Translations under genes and position numbers: made by a program | NCBI GenBank assembly: GCA_964016885.1 | Contig: OZ024741.1 | Span: forward strand, 117,552,001-117,616,000 | Direction of reading: 5' to 3' | DNA length: 64,000 nt | DNA from: Eledone cirrhosa | Lineage: Eukaryota | Part shown: positions 31,274 to 46,004 of the stretch, one piece after another | Numbering within the stretch: the first letter of the stretch is position 1 | Layout: every line of letters starts with the position of its first letter | Notes under the pieces: generated by a model | Seen by the model: the letters and a program-made list of their open reading frames with translations, nothing else | What the model was told of the DNA's origin: nothing | The model's database searches: none

Positions 31274-32723
31274 CTATGTCTTCGTATCTAGTAATCAAGC
31301 AATGTTATTATTAAAAGACCCAGTGTGAAGTTCTTAAGTCAGCTAAGTGCCCTTATCAAAATTGAAGATACGTACATTACTAGGAAATCGCCAACCCCTT
31401 CGACTCACTGGAAAATATCAAACCTGTGATGAATAGAAGAGGGAGATAGAGAGAGTGGAGGCAAAGAGGCCGAGGGGAAGGGAAAAAGTCATTGAACACA
31501 GGGAGTCTGATGGATAGGAGTATATTTATACGTTCTAACTTCGTCTCACCCATCTTACGTATATAAATACACAAACACTTATCTTTCATTTTATATCCTC
31601 TCTTATACGTGTTTTTTCTCTATCTCTCTCCCTCTTTCTCCCTTCCTCCCTCTCTCTATTTGATAGAGTAGATGTTATATGATGCTCATACGTGTTTTTA
31701 AGGGTGGGGAGGGGTTGCTTCATAGAGTGTATTTTATAAGATGCTTATAACAATTAAATAACTGGGTTAGTGAAACTTTTACCGGCTTAACTTAGTAACA
31801 AACGTAGCATATGTTATGAACCTCGTATTTTTAGGGGCTCTGCACTTAATGTTTTATTACTATTCCGAGATTTAATACACTAACTATTTACAAGAATTTG
31901 TGTTTGTTCTTTTAGTATATAGTACTATACAACTTATAACTTTTATTAACGACTGGTTGATCCGATATCCGGAACATTCCGGAGTTCCATTAAACATCGA
32001 ATTAAATGTCTGCAAGTGCACAGATCAATTACCATACAGTAATATAGTACTATACTTCCTTCAACTTTTATTAACGACTGGATGTTTAGGGTTGATCCAA
32101 TATCCGGAATATTTCCGAGATCCGGGACATTTTGAATGTATGTGAGGTACTGTACCTCCCGGTGGAGTCTTCTGGGCGCCGTTGTGAATTATGGCGAGTC
32201 TTTGGGCATTTTAAACTTGGTGGAACACATCCTTTTCCAGGTCTGAACACTGCCGATTTATTTCATAGAAGGAGAGAGGGAGGGGGGGGGGGGGTCGACT
32301 ACAGTATTAGATTGTTACATTTTTATCGATGACCTCGAAAGATAAAAGGAAAAGTTGAAAACGACGGAAATTTGAAATCAGAGAGCGCAGAGAACCGGGA
32401 ACGAATACCGCAAAGCATTCAATCCGATGTTCTAAATGTATACAGACTATTAATTTCAAGTCAGTAATTTTGCACTCGCTTTATCATTATCATCATCATT
32501 GCGATCACAGTCGAACATTCCTGGCAAAGTCTCACCACAATTCACGATTTTCCATTGCTCCCATTGTTCCTCACAATTGTAGCTTATGAATAACTACCTG
32601 GCAACGCCCTGCAAATCGTAACCTTCTTCAAGCAATTGTAGTTGTATCTTGGGCACGTTTCTGCATACACTTTCATTTGTAATACGTTGATGCCAGTTTG
32701 TTTTATACAACCCTAAGCTATAG

Positions 32724-33026
<303 letters not shown>

Positions 33027-33587
33027 TATATATATCTCCTCAACTTTCACTCACTCATTCTCTGTCACTACCTCTCCTCCTCCTCTTTCCTCCTCCTCCT
33101 TCAAGTTTGACCTGTGTGTAATTCTTTTCTCGCGCAGTCTTGACCGAGCTGGTATGGAATTTTTTTCTCTCTCTCTTTCGTCTGTGACTTCACAAAACTT
33201 GCGTTTACCGAATTCGCAGACCAGACCACCTTATCTTCTTCTTCTTCTTCTTCTTCTTCTCTCCTTTCTCTGTCTCTCTCTCTCTCTTTTTTCCCCCCGT
33301 CAAACTTGGGCGAAATTCTTTCTTTGCTCACATTTCTACCAGGTTCGATGGTCTTTCGTCTCTTGTTCACGATTTCACAGAGTTTATATTCATAGAGATC
33401 TGGGACTTGTCTATTTCTACTCACTTTCCGTTGCTTAAACCCTTTTTGTTGTTACTCTAGCGTCCCCCTTTATTTACGTGTCCCAACGACTTTTTTTAGC
33501 CGTTGTTCGCACCAACCTGAGGCATATGGCCCTTAAAGCGATGAAATGCCGAGGACGGTTGGAGGGTCACTGATGAAGGACTCACTT

Positions 33588-33629
<42 letters not shown>

Positions 33630-34114
33630 TATGGTACTATATATTGCCTCCAGCTTCTATGAACGACTGGTTGTTCAAAGTTGACCCAATACACTGAATA
33701 ATTCTCAAACTGTTTGGAGGGATGATTAATTCTCTATTAAAATATAAATATATATTCCAGTAGGCTATGATTTGAGATCAATTTGAATTTTCTATCAAGC
33801 ATAAAGTACCGTTCTCTTCGAGTACACTTTACAGTCAGCAAGGCTATCTTTTTCATATTCAAGCATCTTGTTTCAGTTGTAGGTAAGCTAATGCAATTGA
33901 CAAAAATAATTGTTTCTACATCTGAAAGGAAGAGGGGAAAGTCGATTAAATCAACCCTATTGCCTTACTGGTGGTGTATTTTATCGACCCCGCAAAGCTG
34001 AAAGGTAAAGTTAACCTTTCGTCCTTACTGAGTTGATAAAATATTCCAAGATGATGATAGTCTTGGCGAAAATATTCTTGATATAGCCTTTTCACTGGCA
34101 TCAGTTATTTAGGT

Positions 34115-34460
34115 AGAATGGACCTCCGTTATTTTCGACGATGAATGTTCCGTGTTTTCAGTCAATGGAACAGCCAACTCATGAAATTAACGTGTAAGTG
34201 GCTGAGAATTTCACAGAAGTGTATACCCATAACATAATTCCCAGGGAGATTCAATGTGACACTGTGTGTGTGACAAGGCTGGTCCTTTGAATTACAGGTA
34301 CAGTCTTGCCGACAGGCTTCTGTTCATCTACCCGATTTATGGTATGGGTCGACGCGAGGCTCTGTTAAATGACTCTAGTTCACGATATTACGCTGTACGG
34401 TCGAACATGAGACCTAATGATTGTGAAGCAAACTTCTTAACCATTTGACAATGCTGCGCC
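34115..34460 (-). mobile_element. SINE family C copy
   Basis: Homologous to 30830-31273. Confidence 0.7.
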
Positions 34461-35029
34461 CATAGTTGTTAAAGTAACTTCTGTTGAAACACCGTAAACC
34501 TGGATCAGTGCCTTTGATGCTAATCATCAGTTTTATATACTCAAATGTTATTTGTCATTGTTCTCCCCATGAAAATGCAGTGGTGGTGGTGATAGTGGAC
34601 ACTGGAAAATACTGCTTCACATACTTCTCAATGTAAGATTTTCGTATTTGTCAACGCTTTTTTAATCTATTCCTTATTTGGGATCTGCATACTGTTTTAA
34701 AGCGATTATTTTTCAACATGTAAAACAAGCTATGGCATTGTAGACCTAGCTACAAAACTACACCTGTCGCAAACATCATATGTACATTTCTATTCTAACG
34801 TCTCACACAATTCCTTAAACCCTTCTTGCTTCATGGCCGCATTTCATGTGCCCACACCAAAATACGGGTACTTGAAAGAAGGGATATGCTGATAAAAATG
34901 AATCTTGAAACTATTTTTAGTCAAACTAATATAAAATCTAGGAAAACTGCCATTTCCTTAGCAAGACTTTTTAAAGTTAATCACCGTTCACACACATACG
35001 TATATATATATATACATACATGTGTGTGT

Positions 35030-35121
35030 GTGTCCAAAATATATACACATTTTGATTACCTGTACAAGTTATATTTATTAGAATGCTGTTGAAGTGCGTA
35101 TATATGTTTTGGGACACCATG
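35030..35121. mobile_element. Tc1/mariner-type MITE
   Basis: Reverse-orientation relative of 8974-9072 (atttattagaatgctgttgaagt core). Confidence 0.62.
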
Positions 35122-37358
35122 TATATATAAATGAACATATGTTGTTTCACTTCAGTAAGTTTCTTAAAGCATTCTGAGGAGCGCACTGACCGAAACAACC
35201 GTTTCCGTTGCCGCTGTTAATTAATATAGAATAAATAAAATGAATATATTCTACTAATTTGGTATTGAATTACCATTTCTACTTCTTGTTATAACGAGAT
35301 GACATTTGCTAATATCATTTATAAATTCATTAATGATATATACCTTCTCTGATGACACAAAAACGAGCAGAAATATTATAATATATTAATACATCTATAT
35401 ACGAATAATAAAGTTTGAGCAAGATTTTTCACTATTTTGTTTTTCACATTTATCTTTTATTCACTTTTGTAGAAAGATGTATTAACATTTCTAATCTTTG
35501 GGCCCTACACAAATAATCATTATAATAGTTGAGAAAATTAGGTAAAGTCCCCCGGAGACGGAAAAAAATGGCATCTCTATACTTTTCCCTTTCCATTGGT
35601 ACTTTATCTGATTTCCGCAACTATTATTGACATTTTCGTTGGGACGCACACATTTCGAATATATATATATATATGTGTGTGTGTGTGTTTGTGTGTGTAA
35701 GTATACTTTGAGAGTCATGATGCCAAATAGCTGCGACCATACTAATGACTCGAATAATGCACTTATTCAAACTAGGAATATGTATGTGTGGTAAGAATAA
35801 GGAGAAGCTAATGCTGTATGTAAGAAATGGTGCAGTATATTTTTGGCCCCATCCTGACCAAATTTTGTCTCCATATTCCCATTACGTATTCTTGGCATCT
35901 GTTGATATTGCGTTGTGGGTGTCTATTTTGATAACAGAAATATAACTTACTGCTAGCAGAACGGTGGGGCTGTATAGAGGAGATAAAGATAGCGGGGTGG
36001 AGATGTAGAGGAGAAAGGAAAGGGCTGCAGCGTGGTGGACGGGTGTTTTGGAGAATGAAACAGTGTCGTATAGATAGGAAATGGAAGATGGTAAGACTGA
36101 GTTATGGAGAAAAGATATGAATTTAGATTGAAGGCTAGAGAAGAACGAATAGCGGTGTGTGTGAGGAACAGAGAATGAAAGATGAGTGCGAGAAGAATAG
36201 ACAGACAAATATTTAGATGGATAGATATCTTTCTTACTGAACTCAGGGGCCCTCTCCATCCCATGGTTTTTAATGGCTGAAAGATAGATATATTTCTTTA
36301 TTTAATGGCCAAAAGATAGATAGATAGATAGTCAGACAGACATGCAGATAAATAGATAGATGGGTGGCTTTAAAGCAAAAAGCTAACAACAAAATACGAG
36401 CAAATATAGAAACTGAGGGAAAGAGATAAAGAGACGAATAAGAGAATGTGTAGGAGGGATAATGATAGATAGAGAAACAGATCAGAAAAAAAGATTGAAC
36501 AGAAACGGTATAAAGGAAAAGACACTAAGAGAGAAAAAGGGTGAGACATATACGGACAGATAGAGAGACAGAAAGAGAGGGTGGACACAAACAGCGAAAA
36601 GAAGAGAGGGTAGACAAACAGAAGGAGAAAAAGATAAAGATCGTAAATAAAGAGAGAGGGGGATAAACACAAACAGAGGGAGATTTTGTAAGCGAGGACG
36701 AGGGAGGAATGAAAGTATACGGAGAGAGAAGAAAGAAAGAGAGGATAGACATAGATAGCTTAAGAGAGAAACCGGGAGGGAAAGAGGAAGAAACATTTAG
36801 CGGGTGAGTTTGTAAGAGAGGGAGATAGGTACCTACAGAGAGAGAGAGAGATAGAAAGTGTCTGTGTGTGAGAAGTGGTGGGAGTGGGATAAAGCCTGTT
36901 GACAAGAGGTAAGAAGACATTTAGCTACAAGTGGTGATGGGAAGAGGGAGGGTACACTAAAACAGTGAATACAGCACACACACCTACATATTTACTCATA
37001 TGTATCTATACATACACACACTGTATAGACAAAATAGTTTCTCTAAACGCACTCGTATACATACTCACACATATGTACAGCTATACATGTACGTACGCAC
37101 ACATATAGACAGTCACACTCACTCACGCACACACATTGTATAGACAGTCACACTCACTCACGCACACACATTGTATAGACAGATGATAGCTTCTTCAAAC
37201 GCACTTGTATACATACATACATACATATATAAAGAAGGCAAGAGAGAGAGAACTACATACTCTCATACTATATACATATATATATATATAGAGAGAGAGT
37301 GTTATATACACATACATTGTGTACACAGACGGTAATATTTCTTCAAAAGGCAATCAAC

Positions 37359-37538
37359 ATGGCGTCATCGGACGCTACGTTCATATGTCGTGTTCAATAC
37401 CTGGACGACATGGACCCTTTTTCAAACACCAGTATGTTTCTTGAACCCACCCGACCTCCTACATTCATTTTCCATAAGAATGTACCACTCATCAGTCAAA
37501 TAGGGGCCGTCCATAAGTTGCTGAATGCTCCACATAAG
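37359..37538 (+). CDS. FHOD: FH1/FH2 domain-containing formin, first coding exon (GBD N-terminus, 60 aa)
   Basis: MASSDATFICRVQYLDDMDPF..EPTRPP..F..QI..VHKLLNAPHK resembles the vertebrate FHOD1/3 N-terminus (CRVQFLDDTDPF..VHRLLQAPHK); phase-0 donor AAG|gtgaga; ATG context aacATGg. Confidence 0.92.
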
Positions 37539-38462
37539 GTGAGACAAAGATTCCGTCTTCTCTCTATCTGATTGTCTATCTGTCCTCCCCTCTCTCTTTC
37601 TCTCCCTCTCTTTCTCTCTCTGTCTTTCAGTCTGTCTCGCCCTGTACTTTGTCTCTATGTGCGTCTCTATCTGTCTTTCTATCGCTCATTTTCATTTTCT
37701 ATCGCTCATTTTCATATCTTTCTAATTTTTACTATTCCTCTTTATTTATTTGGGTTTAGATAATTTCATTTTAGTTACTATTGCTGTCATTATTGTTGTT
37801 GTTGTTGCTAGTGTTTTTTAAAGCTCCGTGTCAACCCTGATTGAACAGCAAATCTATAATAGGTCAAAGGAGTTCTAACAGTGATCGAAACCCTTCTATT
37901 AAGCAGAATATATGTACACATTCAGACGCACTCACATAAACATACATACATACATGTGTGTTTATGTGATGTTATCTTGAATAAGAGTTAAACTTCAACC
38001 CATATCAAGCTAGATCTGGGTTTCGGTTTCAATCCTTAGTTCACAAACCACTTCACATTTTTTTAAATATTGACAATATCTTAGAGCCAGGGATATCATT
38101 TAATTAATTTAATTTTTTGATCCATCTCTTATAAATCTGTTGCTTAGTTCAGTTTAAAAATAACGAAAACAAAAACAACAAAAAGATCAATATTTAATCA
38201 TATGTAAACACAGAGCATCGTTCACGTTAAAAATTACCCTGTATCACTGACTTTTCTTTTCAATTTAACACCCATTATTTCAAAATATATATTTTTGCTT
38301 GTTAGCACATATGTGTCAAGGGAGGCATTTTACAGCCCAAACTTCGAAGTCATTGTCACTTGTTACTTCGAAAAACAATAATATATATTCACTCTACTTT
38401 ATATATTGAGTGCTCATATATTTAATGGTTTTGTATTTCTATGAACGATTATGCAATAACCT

Positions 38463-38504
<42 letters not shown>

Positions 38505-38692
38505 TGGGTGTCGGGTGGGAGTGGTTACAGTTTAAAATAGTACTCAATACGTTGGTAGAGTATAGGCATTTTTATTTTATATAAATATTACTTCTACAAG
38601 ACTAGACTAAAATTGTTTCATTCGTATAAAAGGACTTTCCTGGTGATTTAATATTAAATAATTCTTTGCTTATATATATATATATATATATA

Positions 38693-38884
38693 TAGGAAAA
38701 AGTATGACCCCGACGGCAGAGCTCAAGCCGTTTCGACGGCTATTTCTGGACTGAAATAGCCGTCGAAACGGCTTGAGCTCTGCCGTCGGGGGTCATACTT
38801 TTTCCTATTTCCCACTCTACTACCCTAAGTGTTGAGTACTCTGGTGCGTTATGGTCCATCTGGTTCCTTACCACAATTCCTTTG

Positions 38885-38887
<3 letters not shown>
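38693..38887. mobile_element. TA-embedded hairpin element, copy 3 (diverged subfamily)
   Basis: Palindrome 38693-38807 with changes in both arms relative to copy 2. Confidence 0.85.
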
Positions 38888-38934
<47 letters not shown>

Positions 38935-38939
<5 letters not shown>

Positions 38940-39171
38940 ATTAAATAAATGGAAAACTATATTTATAAAACCATATTTATTTCATTATATATATTTCTGG
39001 GATATCATATTAACAATATGCTATGCCTTCATCAGACAAAATACAATATAAACAGTTTTATAGATAAATAGATTCGACATACCGTAATAAACATCGACTT
39101 CATTTGTCGAGTGCTTTTATATCAGTTATAAATATTTACTAGTTGTAACCCAACAATTTTAAATATAACTT

Positions 39172-39178
<7 letters not shown>
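38935..39178 (-). mobile_element. Short (~245 bp) non-coding HHR element, unfolded form
   Basis: Homologous to both parts of 9137-9473; between TA arrays. Confidence 0.78.
38979..39042 (-). ncRNA. Hammerhead ribozyme motif
   Basis: attttgt-CTGATGA-aggcatagcatatt gtt aatatgatatccca-GAAA-tatata-TA-atgaaat. Confidence 0.72.
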
Positions 39179-39210
<32 letters not shown>

Positions 39211-40653
39211 GGTACTATAAAATCTCGTTATTACACCTGGCCTTGTGCCTAAAGTAGAAACAGTTATTACACACATTTCGAATATTTTAAAAAGGATATA
39301 AAACAAAACAGACTAGGTAATTATAGTTATACTTTCTTTGTGATGTGGTTTATTTGGAATTCCTTCAGCCCACCTCCACCTCACGATCACTGACTAATAA
39401 ACACTGCTTGATCTTTCGAAAATCAACAAATATTTTAGTTATTTTCCTTTCTTATACGTTTTTTTTTTTTATGTAAATACACACAATATCATCTTGTACC
39501 ATTCTCGATCTTTATACAAACCCTTGTGATTAATAAATTGTTGTTGTTTTACTGGTTCCAGTTATTAGAGTGCAACCATGTAGAGGCACCACCATCGGGT
39601 GTGTTTAGTCAGACTCAGCACCCCCTGGTATTTAATTTTATCGATTAGCTTAGTTATACAGACACGTTAACAATAAACATAAACACTTGCCCAAAGTGGT
39701 GTGTGTGTGCGCGCGCACATACACACACACGTCTCTTTGTCGTTTTAACGGACACACAAAACCGAAAACATTCAGGGTAGAAACGAAACAGTCTAGTCTA
39801 CTACATGTGTTGAGTACACATACACACATAGATAGATATGGTTAAACGCTGACATCCAGTATATGACAGATGTATCGTTCGATTCCTGGGGACGATTCTG
39901 CCCACGTTTGATTCCGTCTCCAGGGGTACTTTACTCGACCTATTCGACTATTATTTATAGATTGTCTGCATTGTGGCTGCCTTCAAAAAGCAAAGCTTGC
40001 GCGCGTGCGTATATATATATATATACACACACACATGGTACATGTATATACGTTTTGCTCTTTGAAGGCCGCCAGTATAAATAATATTGCGGGTGTGTAT
40101 GTGTGAGAGAGAAGAGGGCATGCGCACAGAATCTGGTGTATGCGACAAGATATTTGCGCTTTTGTATTTCGAGCTCTATTGTCAATGATACCCTTGAAAT
40201 CGATGTTAATGTTTTGTAAATAGATTTGGCTGCACGTGTTCAAAAATGTTGATTGCTGTTGTGATGTGGTTATGTTGTGGGGACAGTGGTTGTGGGTGTG
40301 GTGAGGAGTACCAACTGGGTGCTGTAATCATTTAAATCCTTTAAATCCACCATGTCCCTATCTTCCTCCAAACTTGTGTGTGGCTTTAAGCCAAACTTAG
40401 AACTAATTATTGTTGAAATGCCACCAGTTGTTATTGTTGTTTAGCCCCTAAATCCGCCCTGATCAAGAAGGCTTATGATCAAAAGCGTTCCAGTCGTGTC
40501 CATCCAGTCTGTGTGTATATCTAGGATTATTTATTTTTTAATCACACCTGAAATTCCAAATCATTCCCATCTTTCCTACGACCGTTGACAGCATCAATTT
40601 TTCTTGTCTCAAAGAGTCTGTGACAGCTATGGACACTGTCCCTTTCTCTAGAC

Positions 40654-40820
40654 CAGTGGTTCCCAAAGTGGGTTCCGCAAAGGAGTGTATGGGATTCTGT
40701 GAAAAAAGGTAGAGGAGTATATTTATATTACGACCATATAACAGTATTAGACTTTGGGGATTCCCCAAAAGTTTCTGAACGAAAAAGTGTTCCGCTTTTA
40801 ATAAATTTTCGGAAACATTG
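40654..40820. mobile_element. hAT-Charlie-type MITE
   Basis: TIR cagtggttcccaaa / tttcggaaacattg; perfect 8-bp TSD ctctagac. Confidence 0.82.
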
Positions 40821-41204
40821 CTCTAGACGATTTTAAGTGAATTGTTATCGGAAGGCTTTTTCCTGGTACCATGTAACCTAGTACAACCTGTTTCATCGTT
40901 GAGTGGTCGATGACTAAACAGGCCTCCCCATTAGACTCTTGTCTGGAGAGGAGAGTAAGTGGAACCCCAGCAGCACAAAAAAACAAAACAAGAGCTGTTA
41001 AAAGGACGGTTGAACTCCTCAGAGTCAACGGCCATCCACTCCAACTATGGGTTAAATAGCTTCACCAACCCGAAATTGGCCAAATGTTTTGAGTACGGCT
41101 ACACCCCTGATATGATCAAAACCAAACAGAAACCTGTGAAGGCCAACCTAGGAAGGGTTCCTCCAACAGGAGTGAGCAGGTCCTGGATTTGGAAAGGTTA
41201 AAAA

Positions 41205-41255
<51 letters not shown>

Positions 41256-41459
41256 CAAACTGTACCTGGGATTACGTTATCTAGCGTGACTTTTGAAACA
41301 GTAGGGTGTGCTTTGGCGGTTTGGCTAGGGCCAGACTTTCACCTGCTGATGCCCTAAGCTATATGAAATTTTAGGCCCTTCTCTAAAAAATTTAGATAAA
41401 AAATTTAGATAAAATTTTTTTTATACATTTATATTAATGTTAATGATAAAGAATAAATA

Positions 41460-42130
41460 TCATCATCATCTTCGTTTAACGTCCATTTTCCACGCTAGCA
41501 TGGGTTAGACGGGAGTTGTCCCACTTGAGGCAAGGTTGGTCGGGTGACCATGTCTCGCTCATATAGGGCTATCTGGCAGGTTTTCTACGGCTGGATGCCC
41601 TTCCTAACACCAACCACATTTACACTGTGGAACTGGGAACTTTTTACCGTGTTACCTACATGGCCACATTACAGCTGGACTGTGTTTTTTCTCGTGGCAC
41701 CTACACGATCTCGATCTCATTATCTCATTTATTTGGACTGGATGTTGTGGTACCAACTTTATAGAGAGAGGGTGGTGGGCGGATAGGGTAGGGGTAGTGG
41801 ATTGGGGTGTATATTTGGTTAAGAGGTGCCTACTGACTGTAGGTTTCGCTTTGTACATAGGCAAGGCGGGTCTTCTGTATTACTGCGTAGCGCCAAAGAT
41901 CTCGCTCGGTCCAGTGACATTGTCTTAGAGTGATGCAAATGTGTAAGGTCGGAATTTATCAGATCGTCCCAGGTTTTTCTGGGTCTACCTACTCCGTAAC
42001 TACCACCAATTTTGATCGCCCTGCACTTTTTTATACAGCTGTCGTCTTTCATGCGCATCACGTGGCCATTCTCTCGAGTAAACAGCATCTGATCCCTCTT
42101 ATTCCTAATTTCTCACTTGGTTCATTTATG
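41460..42130 (-). mobile_element. Degenerate RTE 3' fragment
   Basis: [27 protein letters not shown] plus 3' UTR and (GAT)n tail. Confidence 0.85.
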
Positions 42131-42434
42131 CTAAATCAAATTCCCCGTTTGATGTATATAATTTTAGTGTTAAATAATAACTAATGATAAAATAAAAATG
42201 TGTAGGTAAGTCCAGCACTGGCTTGGGCTACTATTCCTAGCAAGTTTAATGACCAAGTAGGGGCTCGTCTTTTCTCACCTCACTCATTTGTGTATGTAAC
42301 AGGAGCACACCTCTAATGTAATTATGGCATTTACTTTATTAACTCCAGGAGAGATGAAAAAACAGTTACCTTTGACAAGATGATGATTCAGTAAATTATT
42401 GTGAGTCTTTTTAGATTGTGTTTACATAAAATAA

Positions 42435-42604
<170 letters not shown>

Positions 42605-43274
42605 AATGGATTTAGATGGAAATATATGTATATACACTTACTGTCATGGCTAGCTAAGTCAGGCCCCCTGTTATTGTATGTAAAAATATTACAGTATCAA
42701 GTAGCACACACATATATATGCACACATCTTTATAAACACACACTCACACAAACACAGCTATATAATATAGAATTGTGTTTTCTGTAATTTGGTAATTTAT
42801 TTTCAAATAATAGCGGGGGTGCCCCCCCCCCCCCCGTAAAATAACCGTCTCTGGCACCCTAATTAATCGGCGCTGGCTACACCAATATATATATATAAAC
42901 ACACAAGACCGTTTATTCTCGTGCCACACTTTTTCCCCTACCATAATACATTCATTGTGGTTTAAAAGTCGATAAGCATGAAGAACATCTGTTAGAAAGA
43001 GAAACATTATTAGTTTCTAGTTATTCCTTGGTCAGACAGTATAATTTCTTCCTTTCTTTCATCATATTATGTCATAGATTTTAAATAGTTTATAGTAAAT
43101 CTACAGTCCCTATGTCTGCAAAAGTCGTTATATCTTCGTTTTTTTTCGCTTCTTATATTTGGGATTTGGGGATTAAATTTTTTTTTTTTTTATTTACTAC
43201 CATTAAGTACATCATAGATATTTATACACACATAAAACATATCTTTGAATAGTTAGGTATGGAGATGAGATTCT

Positions 43275-43465
43275 GCGGTGAATTGGCAGTATCGGTAGAG
43301 GGTCGGACATGCTTTCTAGCATAGAGTTACGTCCCTTTACGATCTGCGTTCAAATCCCGCCGAGGTTAACTTTGCCTTTCATCCATACGGGGTCGATAAA
43401 ATAAAGTACCAGTAATGTACTGGGTAATTGCTGGCCTTGTGCCAAAAGTAGAAACAATTAATGAT
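43275..43465 (+). mobile_element. SINE family B, well-preserved copy (tRNA head + Meta-like domain)
   Basis: tggcagtatcgg A-box, gttcaaatccc B-box, ttgcctttcatcc..gggtcgataaaataaagtaccag; many copies in window. Confidence 0.82.
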
Positions 43466-44169
43466 AATGATAATAATAGTAACTAACTGACCCTGTGGAA
43501 ATTTCAGAGTTTAATTAGAAACAACCATCAGGTATTAAAGATCAATACATAGCATTTTTGTAGGGAGAAACGGTGTAATCTATTGAATCAACCTCAGTAT
43601 CTTACTGGTATTTATTAAGCCACTCATATTGGTGTGATGGAAGCAATAAGATAATAAGATGACATCATCATCATTTATAGCTGCTTTTCCATGCTTGCAT
43701 GGGCTGGGTGGGTCTTTTCCGGAACAGCATTCCTCCGCTCATTACATTCCTTTGTCATCGCCTCTGTGAGCCTCAGCAATTTGAGATTAGCTCTCAAAAC
43801 CTTGATCCAGGGTCTTCCTTAGCCTTCCTCTACTGCAGCTTCCTTCCATTGGGATTACTTAGTACTTCTTTTATCCAGCAATCATCATCCATATATACAT
43901 CACCAATGCAGTCTTCTTTCCTGTGTGCTACATCAGATTAATAATGTTAGTCAGCCTAAACCTATACTAAAAAATATATTGAATGATTTCCGGTAGTTCA
44001 ACAATGAATGTTCCAGTTATTTACTCAATGGAACAGTCTACTCTTTGAATTAATTAGTAAGTAACTGAGTATTTCATGGATATGTTGCCTTTAATGTAAT
44101 TCTCATTTTAAAAAAGTCTGTGTGACATAGCTGGCTCTTTGAATTACATATACAATCCATCCAAGTGTT

Positions 44170-44460
44170 TTTCCTGGGAGGGTCGTGGGGACAGAGTTCT
44201 CAAACACTCCTCCCAGTGGGTCCTGTCACAAGAAACTGTCTCCAATTGTTTCAGCTGAATCCCCAAGTGAGACCAGCCGAGCTCATGGATCTTATCTGAC
44301 CATCTTGCTTGAGGTATAATCCTGGGTCTCCTGCTGGCTGGTTTTGCTCATAAAATCAGTTCAGCAATTCTTTCTTGAGTCATTCTAACCACATATCTGT
44401 AATATTGGAGCTGTGATCTCCCGATTTGGATAAGTAATGGCTCTACCTGGAACAATTCTG
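44170..44460 (-). mobile_element. Degenerate fragment of a second RTE-like family
   Basis: Minus translation approx. VEPLLIQIGRSQLQYY..VVRM..RW..LGWSHLGI. Confidence 0.55.
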
Positions 44461-44719
44461 GGATGACAGCCAGCCATAATTTTACTTTTCTTACTGTGGT
44501 TGTCTTTAGCCAAACAACTCACTGTGCAATTTATTTTTTTCTATATGGTTCATTAGCTGCTAATTCTCTACAGTGACCTCAATAGTTATCGTCATCTTGA
44601 TAAGAGACAGTAATAAAGAGAAAGGTTAACTAGTTTGGCACTTCACCAATGTCATTCTGAATTGTTTAAAACAGGAGATGTGGACAGCGTTAGCTTTACT
44701 TCCTTTAGAAAAAGGAATG

Positions 44720-45260
44720 TGTTATTTAGTTATGACTCTTTACACTCTGAGTTCAAATTCCACCAGGGTTAACTTTGCTTTTTAGCCTTTAGGGGATCAA
44801 TAAACTAAAGCACCAGTCAAGAATAGGGTTGATATAATTGACTTTTCCTCCCATTAAAAATTGCTGGCTATGTCCCTAAATCAGAAAAGAAACTATTATT
44901 TGACTGAATCAGTAAAGCATTGGACAAAATGCTTTCTGTTATCTCTTCCAACTTTTTATGTTTTGCTTTGAGTAAGGGGGTCAATGTAATCGACTTTCCT
45001 TTTTCCTCAAATTTTTGGTTTTGTGCCTAAATTATTATTATTAGAGCAGTGGGTTGATAGTATTAGTAGAGCATTGGACACCATGCTTCGCGGCATAATC
45101 ATGTCCCTTTGTTTTGATTTTAAATCCTGCCGAGGTTAGCTTTGTTTTTCATCCTTATGGGGTTGATGAAATAAAGTATGCACTGAGGTCGATTTAATCA
45201 ACTTTCCCCTCTCCCAAAATTGTTGGCCTTGTGCCTAAATCAGAAACCATTATTATTATT
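44720..45260 (+). mobile_element. Cluster of SINE family B copies
   Basis: Repeated B-box and Meta-like segments. Confidence 0.65.
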
Positions 45261-45552
45261 CTACTGTTTCATCAGGCTGGTCTTATGCCAATTATTATAC
45301 TGAGAAAATGAGCCATAACAAGTCACGAAGGATCTCTTATATTTTCTCTCTTTATTTATGTTTCAAGAGCCTTTCCTAGGATCTCAGTTTTCCTAATATT
45401 ACTGTCATTTGAAGAACAATCTCAATCCCAAATTTCCCAATCCATGTTCTTATTTTGATTGTTACCACCCCAAAATTACCCACTGGTATGAATTGACTTA
45501 AAGGAATAAATCTGTCAATTCATAATATGTGGTCATTCGTATGTGTGTGTAA

Positions 45553-45607
<55 letters not shown>

Positions 45608-46004
45608 TATCATCATCACTGTTTAAGATCTATTTTCCATGCTTACATGAGTTAGAAAGGCTGTCATGTTCTGAGGCCAGACAAGTCAGGTGACCATGTC
45701 TTGCTCATACATTCTGTTTATGGCTTGGCTTTCTATGGCTGGATGCCCATTCTAATGCCAATCATTTCACAGTGTGTACTAGGATCTTTTTTTTTTCATG
45801 ACACAAACAAGACTGCCTTACAGGGTAGACTTAGGTGCTTTTTGTTGTAGCGCCATATATAGGAAGGCAAAAACCCAACCACAATGCCTAGCAGTTTCAG
45901 CTTGTATTTCAGTTTTTACTTTCCTTTATACCCACTCTGGTTTCTTCTCATTCACAGAGTGGTTCCTTGATTTATGGTCTCCTGCAGACTTATATATATA
46001 TAAT

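Noticed and set aside
35170-35400. CTGAGGA..GAAA and CTGATGA..GAAA hammerhead-like cores (also CTGATGA at 57074 and 45269 minus)
   Set aside because: Stems I and II cannot be paired convincingly
45360-45480. Possible R4/NeSL-type retrotransposon C-terminal trace (LQMTVILG) on minus strand
   Set aside because: Too short and degenerate to support without an alignment
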